Source: Lama guanicoe
Lineage: Eukaryota
Length of the DNA stretch: 64,000 nt
Assembly: GCA_013239625.1 (NCBI GenBank)
Contig: MU053881.1
Span: forward strand, 15,492,373-15,556,372
Direction of reading: 5' to 3'
The position numbers and the translations under genes are program-made. Below, one piece after another: positions 38,122 through 49,636 of this stretch (its first letter is position 1; each line of letters opens with the position of its first letter). The notes under the pieces are model-generated. The model made no database searches. It was not told the origin of the DNA and saw only the letters and a list, made by a program, of their open reading frames with translations.

Positions 38122-38376
38122 TCACCCGCAGTCCGAAGGGGCCACGGGTGGCCACCAGCGTGGGGGACTCCAGGCCACCTGGTCCAGGGGGCCAGGGCCA
38201 GGCTGGGGAGGAAGGTTTTGTTGGGGCAGGTGTATGGCTTGGGCGATGAGGCCAGGCAAGGCCTGCAGAGAGGTGCCCAACGCATCCAGGCGGCTTTCAA
38301 GGGCAGCCAGGCGGGCCTCGAGCTCCTCGTGCTGGGCGTGCAGCTCGGACATGAGGTCGTACATGACATTCTGGGT
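38122..38376 (-). CDS. KCNN1: KCNN1 last coding exon (coiled coil and C-tail)
   Basis: TQNVMYDLMSELHAQHEELEARLAALESRLDALGTSLQALPGLIAQAI...PVAPSDCG-TGA; the SDCG end is SK1-like. Confidence 0.95.
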   Translation of the reverse strand, partial: TQNVMYDLMSELHAQHEELEARLAALESRLDALGTSLQALPGLIAQAIHLPQQNLPPQPGPGPLDQVAWSPPRWWPPVAPSDCG

Positions 38377-39018
38377 CTGCCACAGACAGAGAGGGTGGGA
38401 GAGAGAGGAGAGGCCAAGTGAGAGACAGGGAGCGATGGACACACAGAGAGACAGCTGACCAGCTCCGGTTAGGTGGGGGCTCACTAAGGAGACCCAAGTG
38501 GGGGGCAACTGTGAGGGCATCCCCCAGCCCAGCTGAAGGGAATGGTGGGAGAATAGGCGAGAGAAGAGAAAGGTCTTGAATGCCAGGCTCAGGGCCAGCA
38601 GGCCAGGGGAAGGTCAAGGGAGGTCCTGAGGCTGAGTGGATGTGATCAGAACTCCCATGAGGGGATGAACCAGCCACATGGCCCGTTTAAGCCAGAGGGT
38701 GGTCTTGCGTGATTCTGGGACAATGCTGCCCCAGGGCACACTCGAGGGGGAGGAGGCTCAGTTGTGCTTCCCACATTAGACTGGGGAGGAGATAGGGGCC
38801 TGGGGGGAGAGGTTACCACCCCAAGGATCTGACCTGGTCACAGACTGGGGAACACGATAGGCACAATTACTGTGACAGCAGGTGGTGGGGCATCCCTGCC
38901 ATCTCGACTGCTCCCCGCAACCCAGCAAGCAAAGACTGGTTCTGCCACTGTCCAGGTGGGGCCGGGAGTTGCCGGGGCAGCCAGCCAGGCAGGGACAGCC
39001 TCGGTGCAGACGCCGCTC

Positions 39019-39038
39019 TACCCACCAGGTGGCGCTAG
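39019..39038 (+). promoter_or_regulatory. CTCF binding motif
   Basis: CCCACCAGGTGGCGCTA within a local CpG-rich patch in the last KCNN1 intron. Confidence 0.7.
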
Positions 39039-39440
39039 AACATCGTTCCGTGTCTGGGCCCAGCTCCGCGCAGAGCAGACCCCTAGGCGACCGCAGCTCA
39101 CCGCCCGTCAGCCCAGATGGGAGGACTGAAGGGGTGGTACCCCAGCCCCGCCTCGCACCCCAACCTCTTGCTCTGTGGGAGACAGGTCATCCTTCCATAC
39201 CACAGCTCCTTACCACACTGTACACTCAGCTTCTCCCTTCCAGCCTCCACTCCTTCACCTGGGCGTGCCTTCCACCTGCTACTGGTAGGCCAACCCCACT
39301 GTGGATGAACACATGCCTCTGGGCACCTCCTAGGGCCACAGATCCTCACCTCAGCCTGCCTCACAGGGCCACTCAGTCCCCAGGGCTAGAGAGTAACATC
39401 TGGTAGCATCCAGCCCTTGGATGGTTCCTTGTGGACCTCT

Positions 39441-40617
39441 CTGAGGTTTAATTTTTTTTACATTAGAATATACATTTAATTTTTGTTGGAGAGAGACCAA
39501 TTAAATCAGCAACCTTGGAAAGCATTAAAATTTAATACCGAAAAACATTTTAACCTCGTTAAGTTAAAAAAAATTAGAAACCCTATAATCCAATCCAGTG
39601 AAAGACTTACTTCAAAGAAGCCTTTGTTAAATGTCTTTTGAGAGTACATTGCCGTGATTACAAGGATTAAATAACTTAGAAATTCAAATTTGAATCATGT
39701 ATATTAATGAAGGAAGTGTGATATGGAGAATCCAAAGTATAATGTCTAGTACCTCAGTTTTTCAAGGGTATTTTATATGTATTCATAGCTGTAAATCTCA
39801 TCTGACATCAAATTAGTTGGCCAAGGATTTCTATATGCTCTTAAGACTATGCTCCTCCTACTCCCAACTGAATGATTCATTCGGGGTTCTAGAGTATTTT
39901 TTTCCTCTGTAGTGTTCTCTTCCAAATTAAGTTTATGTGGGTTAATATCAAATTACATTGCATTCTCTTGCTAGTTATAAGGGGGGTGAGTCCAAAATGT
40001 GATGAGTTTCAGCAGTAAAATAGAAGAATTCACATTTTCTGAAGGTAATATGAAATTTGGCTCAGATTGATTAATTGATTAGGGATGGAGCCGATTAGCA
40101 AAGTTCACACATAAACTATTTATTAAAGGTCAGGAGAGAGTTCAGGATAGTCTGACAAATATTCCGAGAGCTTGCCTAACTGGAGTGGGGTCAGTTGACA
40201 CCTTCTAACGGATGAATAAATGCAGGGAATAGGTTGGGACTTGGCATTAGAACCAACAAACAGATCCATTTATAACACAAACTGATCTTACAGAACTCTT
40301 TGCAATCAACTTTAATCTCCTGAAAGATGTTTAATTGCTATACAAATAAGCTTTCTCCTGATGCTGTAATTTGAATGTCTATCCACAGCAAAAGCCGTTC
40401 GTTTTTCTCTTAAATTTTAGAGCTTGTGTGTTGATGACATTCCTAAATGTAAAAATACCACTTCATCAATTTAGCCCACTAATTACTTCTTCTTATTAAA
40501 GCGATTTTATTAGCTATTCATTAAAAAATAAAATAGCTGCCAACATTAAAAAGTAAAGATTTTACACTCAGATGTAGATTTCTAGCATCTCTCTAACCAT
40601 CAAAGCCTCTGGTCACA
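39441..40617. other. AT-rich inserted segment of unknown origin
   Basis: Abrupt composition change, flanked by direct repeat GTGGACCTCT (39431-39440 and 40618-40627). Confidence 0.6.
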
Positions 40618-40842
40618 GTGGACCTCTACAGACAGGGCCGACGTCCCCTGGTGGCTGGTCCCTGCCCACCCTGCATCCCTTGCCTGTGTCACCTGTCTGT
40701 ACTATGGGCACCAGCACTGTCCCTCCCTCTGTGGCTGGAGATGGGCTCTGTCCTTTCCTGAATACCCACCATCCTCCTCTGAGGGCCAGACCAACCCCTT
40801 CTGGCCCAGGCTGCTGCCCCAACCGCGCCCAGCCCTGCTCAC

Positions 40843-40912
40843 CTTAGCCAGATCTGCAAGCGTATTGGTCTGGTCATTCAGCTTCCCTTGCTCAATCTTC
40901 ACACTCCGGAGC
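40843..40912 (-). CDS. KCNN1: KCNN1 exon (distal calmodulin-binding domain)
   Basis: LRSVKIEQGKLNDQTNTLADLAK; CCCCAG acceptor, GTGAGC donor. Confidence 0.95.
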
Positions 40913-41159
40913 CTGGGGGACAGGTGGTGGACGGGGTTGAATGGAGGCTGCAGTGGGGCCATGGGTCCTTCCTCCAACCACCCCACCCAGAGGCACCCAA
41001 TGAGATATGCAGTGGGGGATGAGGGGCAAGTTGGAGGTCAGCCCCCTTGCATCCCTCTTCCCTCCTAGCATGCAGGCGGCAGTGGGGCCTGGGGGGCGGT
41101 TCAGCCACCACCCACGGTGCCCACATGCACTCACCTCCCCCCCCCAGGAAGAGACTTAC

Positions 41160-41168
41160 TTCTGAGCT
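41160..41168 (-). CDS. KCNN1: KCNN1 9-nt microexon (AQK insert)
   Basis: CTGCCAG|AGCTCAGAA|GTAAGT; gives ...AIHQ-AQK-LRSV..., and inclusion yields exactly 543 aa. Confidence 0.88.
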
Positions 41169-41961
41169 CTGGCAGGACCCGGCGGAGCAGAGAGAAATCA
41201 CAAGGCAATTTTAATCTCAGCACAGCTGGGTGGCATGTGCCCAAACCTTCCCGCTTCCCATGTGTGCCACCCCAGGGCCAGGCTGGGACCCTGGACAGCG
41301 GAAGGGCTGCTGCCCTTGCTTGAGGAGGTCTAGCCTCTGAGGGGGCGGGGTCACCCCTCAGGGATGCACTCTCCCTCCAGCAGCGCCTACCCAGCAACTG
41401 CAGCTGCCTTCAGCCTGGCAGCTCCACTATATGCCACCCTGTGCCAAGTTCCTGGCCCCGGAGGTGGCGTTTAGTCCAGAAAACTATGCCTGCACCATTT
41501 CCCAAGGAGGAAACCAAGGCTCACAGGGGCAAAGCTAGTGCTCACTGGCATCCCAGCACCTGCCACTCAGCTTCCGCCACCTCGGCCCCCTGGACAGCAG
41601 CCTATGGGGTGTGGGGGGAGTTGGCCAGTGTGTGTCCTCACCCCTTCTCTCCATCCCTTCTGTAGCTCAACCAGCCCAGGGAGGCCGTTCCAGGTAGGAC
41701 TCTCCTCCTCACTGGTCCAAACTGAACCCCTGCACGCCCACATGTGATAGATGCTCGGGGAGGCCTCTTGGGGCGCACCCATGCTGGGTGCTGCCAGGAC
41801 CCCTGGGAGGACCTGGCCCTCAGTCTGGAGAAGTGGAGGTGGATACAGACACCTCCAGTCCCGGAAGTCTGGGGGTGCCCTGGAGAGGAAGCAGAGGCTT
41901 GCCAAGGAGTCATTGACATACCTTCCCCATGGAAGTCATTCTTGGCATCTCTGGAACCTTC

Positions 41962-42372
41962 CTGTTATGGGTTGAATGGTGTCCCCCTTCCCCTAAAAGA
42001 TACATTGAAGTCCTAACCCCTAGTACTTCAGAACATGACTTTATTTGGAAATAGGGCCTTTGCAGATTTAACCAGGTTAAGATAACTGATGTCCTTATTT
42101 TTTTTAAAAAAAGGGAAATTTGGATGCAGACACACATAAGGAGAACATCGTATGAAGATGGATTGGAGCGATGCTCCTATAAGCCAGGGAGCTCCTGAGT
42201 CTGCCAAAAGCTAGGAGAGAGGCCTGAACAGATCTAATGCCTTAGAGGGAGAATGGCCCTGTTGACACCCTGATTTCAGACTTCTGGCCACCAGAACAGT
42301 GAGATCATAAATTCTGTTTTAAACCACCCAGTTTGTGGTACTTCGTTAAAGTGGCCAGTAGAAATTCATACA
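41962..42372 (+). mobile_element. MaLR solo LTR (MLT1-like)
   Basis: TGTTATGGGTTGAATGGTGTCCCC...TTATTTGGAAATAGGGCCTTTGCAGA...CAGTTTGTGGTACTT. Confidence 0.8.
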
Positions 42373-44199
42373 CTGCTCAAGCCCATGCTGTGTGCCTCAA
42401 TCCGTCCTCTCTGAGACCATTTCTTCCTTTTCATTGGCTGTTCATACAGTGCTCCCATCGTGGGACCTCTCCAGCTCAAGAAGATGCCGTGGCTCCCGCA
42501 TACCTGTAGATGGTACTTCTGGTCTCCCTGGCACTGTGCTCATTCCCACCTCCCTACCTTTGCCCAAACTGTGGACACTCCTTGGTATGCCTACCTACCT
42601 CTCAGTTTCTCATCCAAATCTCATCTACCCTTCAAGCCCTGGCGCAAACTTGCTTGATTGCATAAGCTGTAATCGTAAGGTCACTTTTTGGTGAGGGGGT
42701 ACAGGCAGACCTGAGGGTGAGTGAGACAGTGTTGCCCCAGAACAAAGGGACACAGGTGACTCCCAAAGCAGATGCTTTCTCCACAGACCTGGCTCTCCTC
42801 AACTCCTACCCTCCCACTTCCCCCAAAGAACCTTCTGGGACATCCCTTGGGGCAAGATCCAGTGCAGGGCCATGCCTGTGTGCCCCATGCCTGACACAGC
42901 AGCTGGTGCCGGAAATGTTTGTGGAGTGACCAAATGAACATACAGAGGGTGGTATTATCAACAACAATGCCAGTTCTCATTTTCAGAAAATACTGTGTGG
43001 CAGGCAGGGTCCGGTCACCCCAGCTGTGTGTAATCCATGCTCTTCTCCTGGAGAAGAGGCAAGTTGCTATTGTCTCCACTTTACAAATAAGAAAATGAAG
43101 CTTGGAGTAGTGGAGTTGCTTGCTCAGGCCCCACAGTTAGGTGACAGAGACCAGATTGGGACCCAGTGGTCAGTAAACATCTGTTGAAGGGTCAAAAAGG
43201 AAGGCCTTGGGGTCACGTGAGGAGACAAGACTAACACCTTGGCACAGTGAAGTCAAGTAAGTGGGGTGCCAGTTCCCTGCCCTGCTTTTTAGGTAATATG
43301 GAAGCAGAGGCAAGAAGCAGAGGTTTGGGGTGCCATGTGTGCCTGAGTGCTTGCTCCGTGCCAGGGACTGTGCCAGGCATTTCCACACATGATTCCATTT
43401 AGATCACCCCACAGTCCTGTGAAGCAGGGACTGTAATCATGAAAAAGTAACCCAATTATAACAGTAAACATAATAAACGCAAATGGACTAAACTCTCTAG
43501 CTGAAAGACAAGGATGACAAGGGGCTCAAGGAGACTTTTGGGGTGATGGATCTGTTCCTTATCTTAACTGCAGTGATAGTTTTGTGGGTGTATATCTATG
43601 TTAACACTGATCAAATTGTACCCTCTAAAGAGCTGCTTTTGACTGTATGCCAATTATACCTTAATAAATCTGTTCTTTAAAAAGAAGCAAAAGTGATTAA
43701 ACAGAATTAAAAAATTAAAGTCCAGCTGGCTGAGCTTTCTTTCCCATGGCTGGTCTCTCCATGTCCACACTCCTTTACCCTCTGGTGCCCCAGGAGTTGG
43801 GCCACCCCAGCCACACGCTGGGATCTCCCCTGAACAGCTGCCCTGCTCTATGGATCATACCAAGGTCCTCTGTGCTGCCTCTAGCTCTGTTTCCTAGGGC
43901 TGACTTCGTTGTCTTCCTGTTGTACTAGTTCAGATCCTAACACTGTTTACCTCACTTTCCGATTCATCAGCCCGTGAGTCTGGCCTGGGAGGTCTTGGGG
44001 CAGGGATCTATCTGGCTCACCTAGGGCAGCCAAATTGAGAATGGGGTTTTCCAGGATGTAAGAGATGGGAATGTATTGGCTCATTCTGAAAAATGCCTAA
44101 AAACATATTTTTTTCTATTTTAAATCAGGTACCATCTGGCTTAGCTATAATTTATATTTGAGTGCTTGATCCCACAGCATTCGGAGCTGTTTAAATTCT

Positions 44200-44870
44200 A
44201 GACTGGGCACTGTCCCATTCATCCTATATGTGGCCACTAAGCATTGAAATGTGGATGGTCTGAATAAAAACAGGCTGTAAGTGTAAAATACACACCAGGC
44301 TTCAAAGATTTGGTACAAAAAAGATTTTCTAAGATATCCTGTTAATTATTTTATATTAATCATATATTAAAATAATATTTTTGATATATTAGAGTAAATT
44401 AATATATTAAAATTAATTTCACTTATTTCTTTTCACTTTTTTTTAATGTGACTACTAGGAAAATTTTAATTATATACGTGGCTCACATGATACTTCTAGT
44501 GGACAGTGATTGGCATTATGGTCTATAGGCCAAATCTGGACAGCTGCTTCTTTTGGAAAATGACATTAGAGCATAGTCACACCTATTCATCTTTGCTGTC
44601 TTCCTGCTTTAACAGCAGAGTTCAGTAGAGAGTGACAGATACTTTTTGGCCCACAAAGCCTGAAATAATTAATATCTGGTCCTTTACAGAAAAAGTTTGC
44701 CAGCTCTGGCTGCACACTGGACTTACCTGAGGAACTTAAACTTGAACTCAGGCTGCACCCTAGATGCTACTGTAACTGGTGCTGGGCATGGCCCATGGGG
44801 TTTTAAAAAGTGCAGCCCCCCCCCACCCCCACCCCCAGTGACCTCAATGAGCAGCCAAGGACGGGGACCA
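44200..44870. mobile_element. Cluster of hAT-type DNA transposon remnants (MER33/MER58/MER5-like)
   Basis: CACTGTCC...GCTGTAAGTGTAAAATACACACC...GGACAGTG with terminal inverted ends, then GGCCCACAAAGCCTGAAATA..TTTACAGAAAAAGTTTGCC; families by recall. Confidence 0.6.
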
Positions 44871-45336
44871 CTTGATTTAATAATTCTCAGGACAAAAGGA
44901 CAACAGAGGAAATTAAGTCACTTCTAATTACCCAACATGATCACATGAATCAGGCCACAAATTTAATTTTGAGCTTCCTGGAAGCCAATGCAAAAAGGGA
45001 ACATTACTTCAGTGTCCAAGGGGAAACTCATTTTGGCTATTCCAGAGAATAAAATATGCTCCTTGCCACTTATGTTGGGTGGTTTGCATGATTTGCCAGA
45101 GGTGATTGTCTTGGACAAGTGCTGGGCCCATCACCTGCCTCCCTCTGTCCACCCCACCATTCCACTCAGCACAGAAGCTGCAAGCCACCACCAACTGACC
45201 ACCCAGCATGGGAATGGCCATGAAGAGGCCATGATGAGCTGCCTGGCCTGGTCTGTGGCCTCCTCCCAGCAGGGGCCATGGCTGCCTCCACGCCAGGCGG
45301 ACACAGAAACGCGAGCGGGAAAGGTGCTGGACTTAC

Positions 45337-45464
45337 TGATGGATGGCTTGGAGGAACTTACGCTGGTGTTTCCGAACCCGGGCGTGGTCTGGCTTCTTCA
45401 CCAGCCTGGTATGTTTGTAGATGAGCCACGTCTCCCTGAGAACGTTAGCAGCGGCGTTTTTTAC
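45337..45464 (-). CDS. KCNN1: KCNN1 exon (proximal calmodulin-binding domain)
   Basis: [48 protein letters not shown] acceptor, GTAAGT donor. Confidence 0.96.
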
Positions 45465-46074
45465 CTGAAGCCAGAGAAAGAACAGTTCCTTAGGGTGGGC
45501 ACAAAACCACAGAAGGCTCTGAACACTTCTGGAAACCTCCAGAAACTCCTGAATATGCCCCCTGGGGTCCTGAGACTGTAAGGCAGGGCCGTTTTCACAT
45601 GTCCACATCTGTGCTGTGTGTGTAAGTGTGTTTCTGCCTAATACACATCACTCACCATGGGCCAGACCCTTTCTATATACCTTGCAAATGTTAACTCAGG
45701 AACTCTACACACACTGGTATTTCTCTTATTTTAGACATGGGGAAACAGAGGCACAGAGAGGCTGACCTGCTGAGGTCACACAGCTTGTAAGTTCCACCTG
45801 GCTGCCTGGTCACAGAACCCCTGCCTCTTGCTGAATGGCTCATGGCTGGGCTGCCACTCAATACAGAAGTGGACGCCTGTGGCCATCGCCATGTCTTATG
45901 CATGGCTCATGAATGTCCACATGGTGGCATAGCCCAGGGCAGTATGGGCACGCATAGGCAGCACAGTGGCCCACGGGCACATGAGCATCCTGACATGGGT
46001 AGAAGTCAGGTGGAGAGGGTCTGCCTTTGACGATTAGGAAGCAAGGTGTCTGTGATGGGGGCTGGTGTCCTTAC

Positions 46075-46185
46075 CCGCTTGGTGAGCTGAGTGTCCATCA
46101 TGAAATTGTGCACGTGTTTCTCTGCCTTGGTGAGTTCCAATTTCCGGGCCACCACGGCGACCACGAGCGCTGTGCAGCCGGCCCC
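46075..46185 (-). CDS. KCNN1: KCNN1 exon (S6 to start of CaM-binding domain)
   Basis: [37 protein letters not shown]; 111 nt, phase 0. Confidence 0.96.
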
Positions 46186-47399
46186 CTGCATTAGAGGGCA
46201 AGGGGTCACATCAGGGTCCACCTCCTATGAGTCCTGGGTTGTAAGTAGGACACCCTCCCTCCTCCAGGAAGCCTGCCTGATTGCTTCCTAACCTTTACCC
46301 TCCACGCCCACAGGGTGGGCATATCCTACCTGCTGAGTTCATTGACTGCCAACCCCACTTGCTTAATATACATCAAACATCCAGGGAGCCTGTGCCACAG
46401 ATTAGTTCATTTGATCCCCAACATCCCCAGGAGGTAGGGCCACTCATCCCCATTGGGCAGAGGGGGAAAGTGAGGCTCGGGGATAGGAAAGGGGACAAGA
46501 AACAGGTGGGATCTGCATGAACATGTGGGACTGATGCCCATGGAGGTGGGAGAATTTGGAAGCATTTCCATCAAGGTTTTGGGGTCTGGATGATGAGGGC
46601 AGAGACCTAGCTGACATGTTGCTGACCAGTAAGGAGGATTCAGCTGGACGGTCAGAAGGGTGGCAAGAAAGAAGGGTCAGGCCAGCTGTCTGCGGTAGGG
46701 TACTTGCAGGAAGGAAGAGGCAAAGTATAGGTTCCAGGATGTGGGGGAGTAAAGGGCAGGGACGTCTCCCTAATGATGGGCTCACTGCTCTTAGCAACTG
46801 CCCTCCCCAGTATGCCCTGAGTGGCAGCCAGTCCCCTGGCTAGGGAAGGAGGCCAGAGAGGACTTGCTTGTCCACATGGGGGCTGCTTGAGAGACAGAAA
46901 GGCAGGAGTGAGGACCCAAGGTGGAGGGCAAGGCTGAGAGGTAGGGACGGGGGGAGTGGGCAGCAAAAAGTGACACAGGAGGAGGGAGGGGAGAGGGAGG
47001 TTCTGTCAGTGAGAATTAGGAGCCAGGGACCCCAGGACATCCTGGTGTCATCAGCTGCAGGAGTGGCTGGGAAGCAGGTGGCGGGGGCCAGTGAGGGGGG
47101 CTGTAAGGCTCTCTCTGGCAACTCTCCTGTCCGCTGCTTCCTCCTGCGGCTGCTGCCTGTAGGATGGAAGGAAGGAAGAGATCCAGGCTTGGCCCCTGGG
47201 GGCCAAGGTAGTGGCTAGTTTTTCTTACTGATGGAAGGAAACATTTATGGGAAGGGTGGGCAATGGCTGGGGACACTGTTGGACCAGCTGGGGTGGGGTG
47301 GATGCAAAGTTGCCCCCTGAGGAAACCCCATCATGTATTCCTGGCCAGGATGAAGGTCTTGGGAGGACTTGAAAGTTCATGTTCAAAAAAACCCTGTCA

Positions 47400-47955
47400 A
47401 CCAGGGCCAAGAAACAGACTACCTCCGTGTGGAATACTATGCAGCCTGGAAAAGGACTGGCCAATGACTCTGCACAACAGCACAGATGCCACGTTCAGCA
47501 AAAGACATGAAATTCAGAGGAGGCCATGCTGGGATGCCTTGAAGTTCAAGAATGAGCAAATATGTGCTTTATAAGTGTCTGGAAGGGGGTGAGTCCATGG
47601 GCAGTGACTGGGTGGGGACACACTTGGGCAACGATGAGGGATGGGACAACAGAAGAATTAGAAACGGAAAGTGGGACTACAGTTAATAATTGGGTGTTGA
47701 ATTTTGCTAAGAGGGTAGATTTTAAGTGTTATCACAACAGAAAGGAAGCGGTAACTAGCTGGGCTGATGGATACGTTAATTACCCAGATTGTGGTGATTG
47801 TTTCACAATGTTTACGTACATCACATCATCAAGTTGCACACCTTAAATATGAGTAATTTTTAACTGTCAATTATACCTCAACAAAGCTGGAAAAAATTTT
47901 TTAAATAAAAACATTTTTTTCAAAAGAAGAAGAAGAAAAAAAAAAACAAAAAACA
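47400..47955 (+). mobile_element. LINE-1 3' end(s) with A-rich tail
   Basis: TTGAATTTTGCTAAGAGGGTAGATTTTAAGTG...GTCAATTATACCTCAACAAAGCTGGAAAAA, followed by A-rich runs. Confidence 0.7.
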
Positions 47956-49494
47956 GAGAGTGGCTAAAAAAGACCAAGGTATGACTTCATGTGATACCAG
48001 GCTGTGTGGTGACAGCAAACAGCAAGACACATCCCTGGGTGTAAACACTCCTGCACGTCCCAGGGTTGAGGGCAGGGAGTGAGCTGCAGGCTAAGCACAG
48101 AAGCAGTTTTCTGGAAGGAGGTTTATCCAGGAGAAGAGAACTTGGCTTTTCTGTTTTGCTGTGGGTTTTCTGGGTTTAAAGCCATCATCTTATCTGAGTG
48201 TTTTTCTTTATTCATTTGTAAAGTTCATTTGCTGGGGGTGGGGACAGGGGGAGTGGACTGTGGCCAATCTTACTAGTTTTTTCCCCTTCTATTCTTGCAA
48301 AATAACATAAGCAAATATGCAGAATGCCTTTTAACAAAGAGGGGCCGTGACAGCTTGGCCAGGAGACGGTCATGGACCCCCAGGTGGTATCCAAATAGGA
48401 GGGGACAAGAGATAAAGAGGGTAGAGAGCCATAGACCTCAGGAGAGGGTGACAATGGAGGATGGTCTACCTGCAGTGAAGGGGGCTGGGCTGAGCCCCAG
48501 AAAGATAGTCCCTCCCTCTGCAGAAGGGAAACCATGGTGGGCACGGCATCGTACTTTTGCAAGAACAAACATATCTCTCTGCCAAGAGAAGGAAGGACCC
48601 ACTTCAGGAAGTGGCCTGGGGTGGACCCTGGTGGGGAAATCAGGTTGGTTTCTTTAGGCCTGTGGGTGTTCACTGATGTTTTTCACAAATGAACGTGTTA
48701 CTCAGGGGTTGGGGAGAGGAGTTCCCTACCATGCATCAAACAATTCATAGCAATCCAAAACACAGAAAAGCATTTGTGGAGGAGATAAAAGAAGCTTAAA
48801 AAGGAAGAAGGTTCCAGAAGAAAGGGATGGGCAGGGAACCTAATGATTGAATCAGGGTAAAGAGAAGGCACCAGAGGTCAAAGTTTGCTCACACAAGCAC
48901 ACGGACTTGAGAAGGCTTTAGTGAAGATGAGTTGCTGCCTGGGCCCAAGGAGTCACACGAGATAAACTTCACATGCAAGGGGTTCCGTGGGGTGCTAAAG
49001 ACACCCTGGTAGTCAGGCAAGGATGCAGAATTGGCCTATGATGGCTGGCTCAGAGGCCACTGATGGGGTACCTGAGGCATTCATGGTTCTAGGGACTTCA
49101 TATAAATGAACAGACTCAGTCCTTGCAACGAGCACAGAAGTGGGCACTGGTTATAGCTGGGGAAACTGAGGCACAGAAGCATCAGGCACATTCACATCCA
49201 AGGGCCATGAACTAAGCAGGCTGCGGAGCATAAAGGGGCAAAGATGCCACTTGGTTCAGAGTGGACCACAGCACCTGGCCCGGCAGGCACAGCAGGCGCT
49301 GCTTATCTCAGGCTGGAAGAGCCCTAGAGGAGATGTCCCAGGAAACCTGAAGGTGCGGATTCCACGTCACATCTGAGGGAAAGAACAGGGTGGCAGAGGG
49401 GTGGGCTGACACAGGGAGGAACTCTGAGCAGGTGCAACTAGGGATGGGGTGAGCTCCTCATCAGTGGGGAGTGTGCAAGGGCCCTTGCTCTTAC

Positions 49495-49636
49495 CATAAT
49501 GCCAGTGAGCAGGCACACACCCTTCCCGCAGTAGGTATGGGGCACCATGTCGCCGTAACCGATGGAGAGGAAGGTGATGGAGATGAGCCACATGGCCCCC
49601 AGGAAGTTGCTAGTCACTTCCTGCTTGTCGTGGTAC
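49495..49636 (-). CDS. KCNN1: KCNN1 pore exon
   Basis: [47 protein letters not shown] with the K+ filter GYGD; not called in this frame by the ORF track. Confidence 0.96.
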
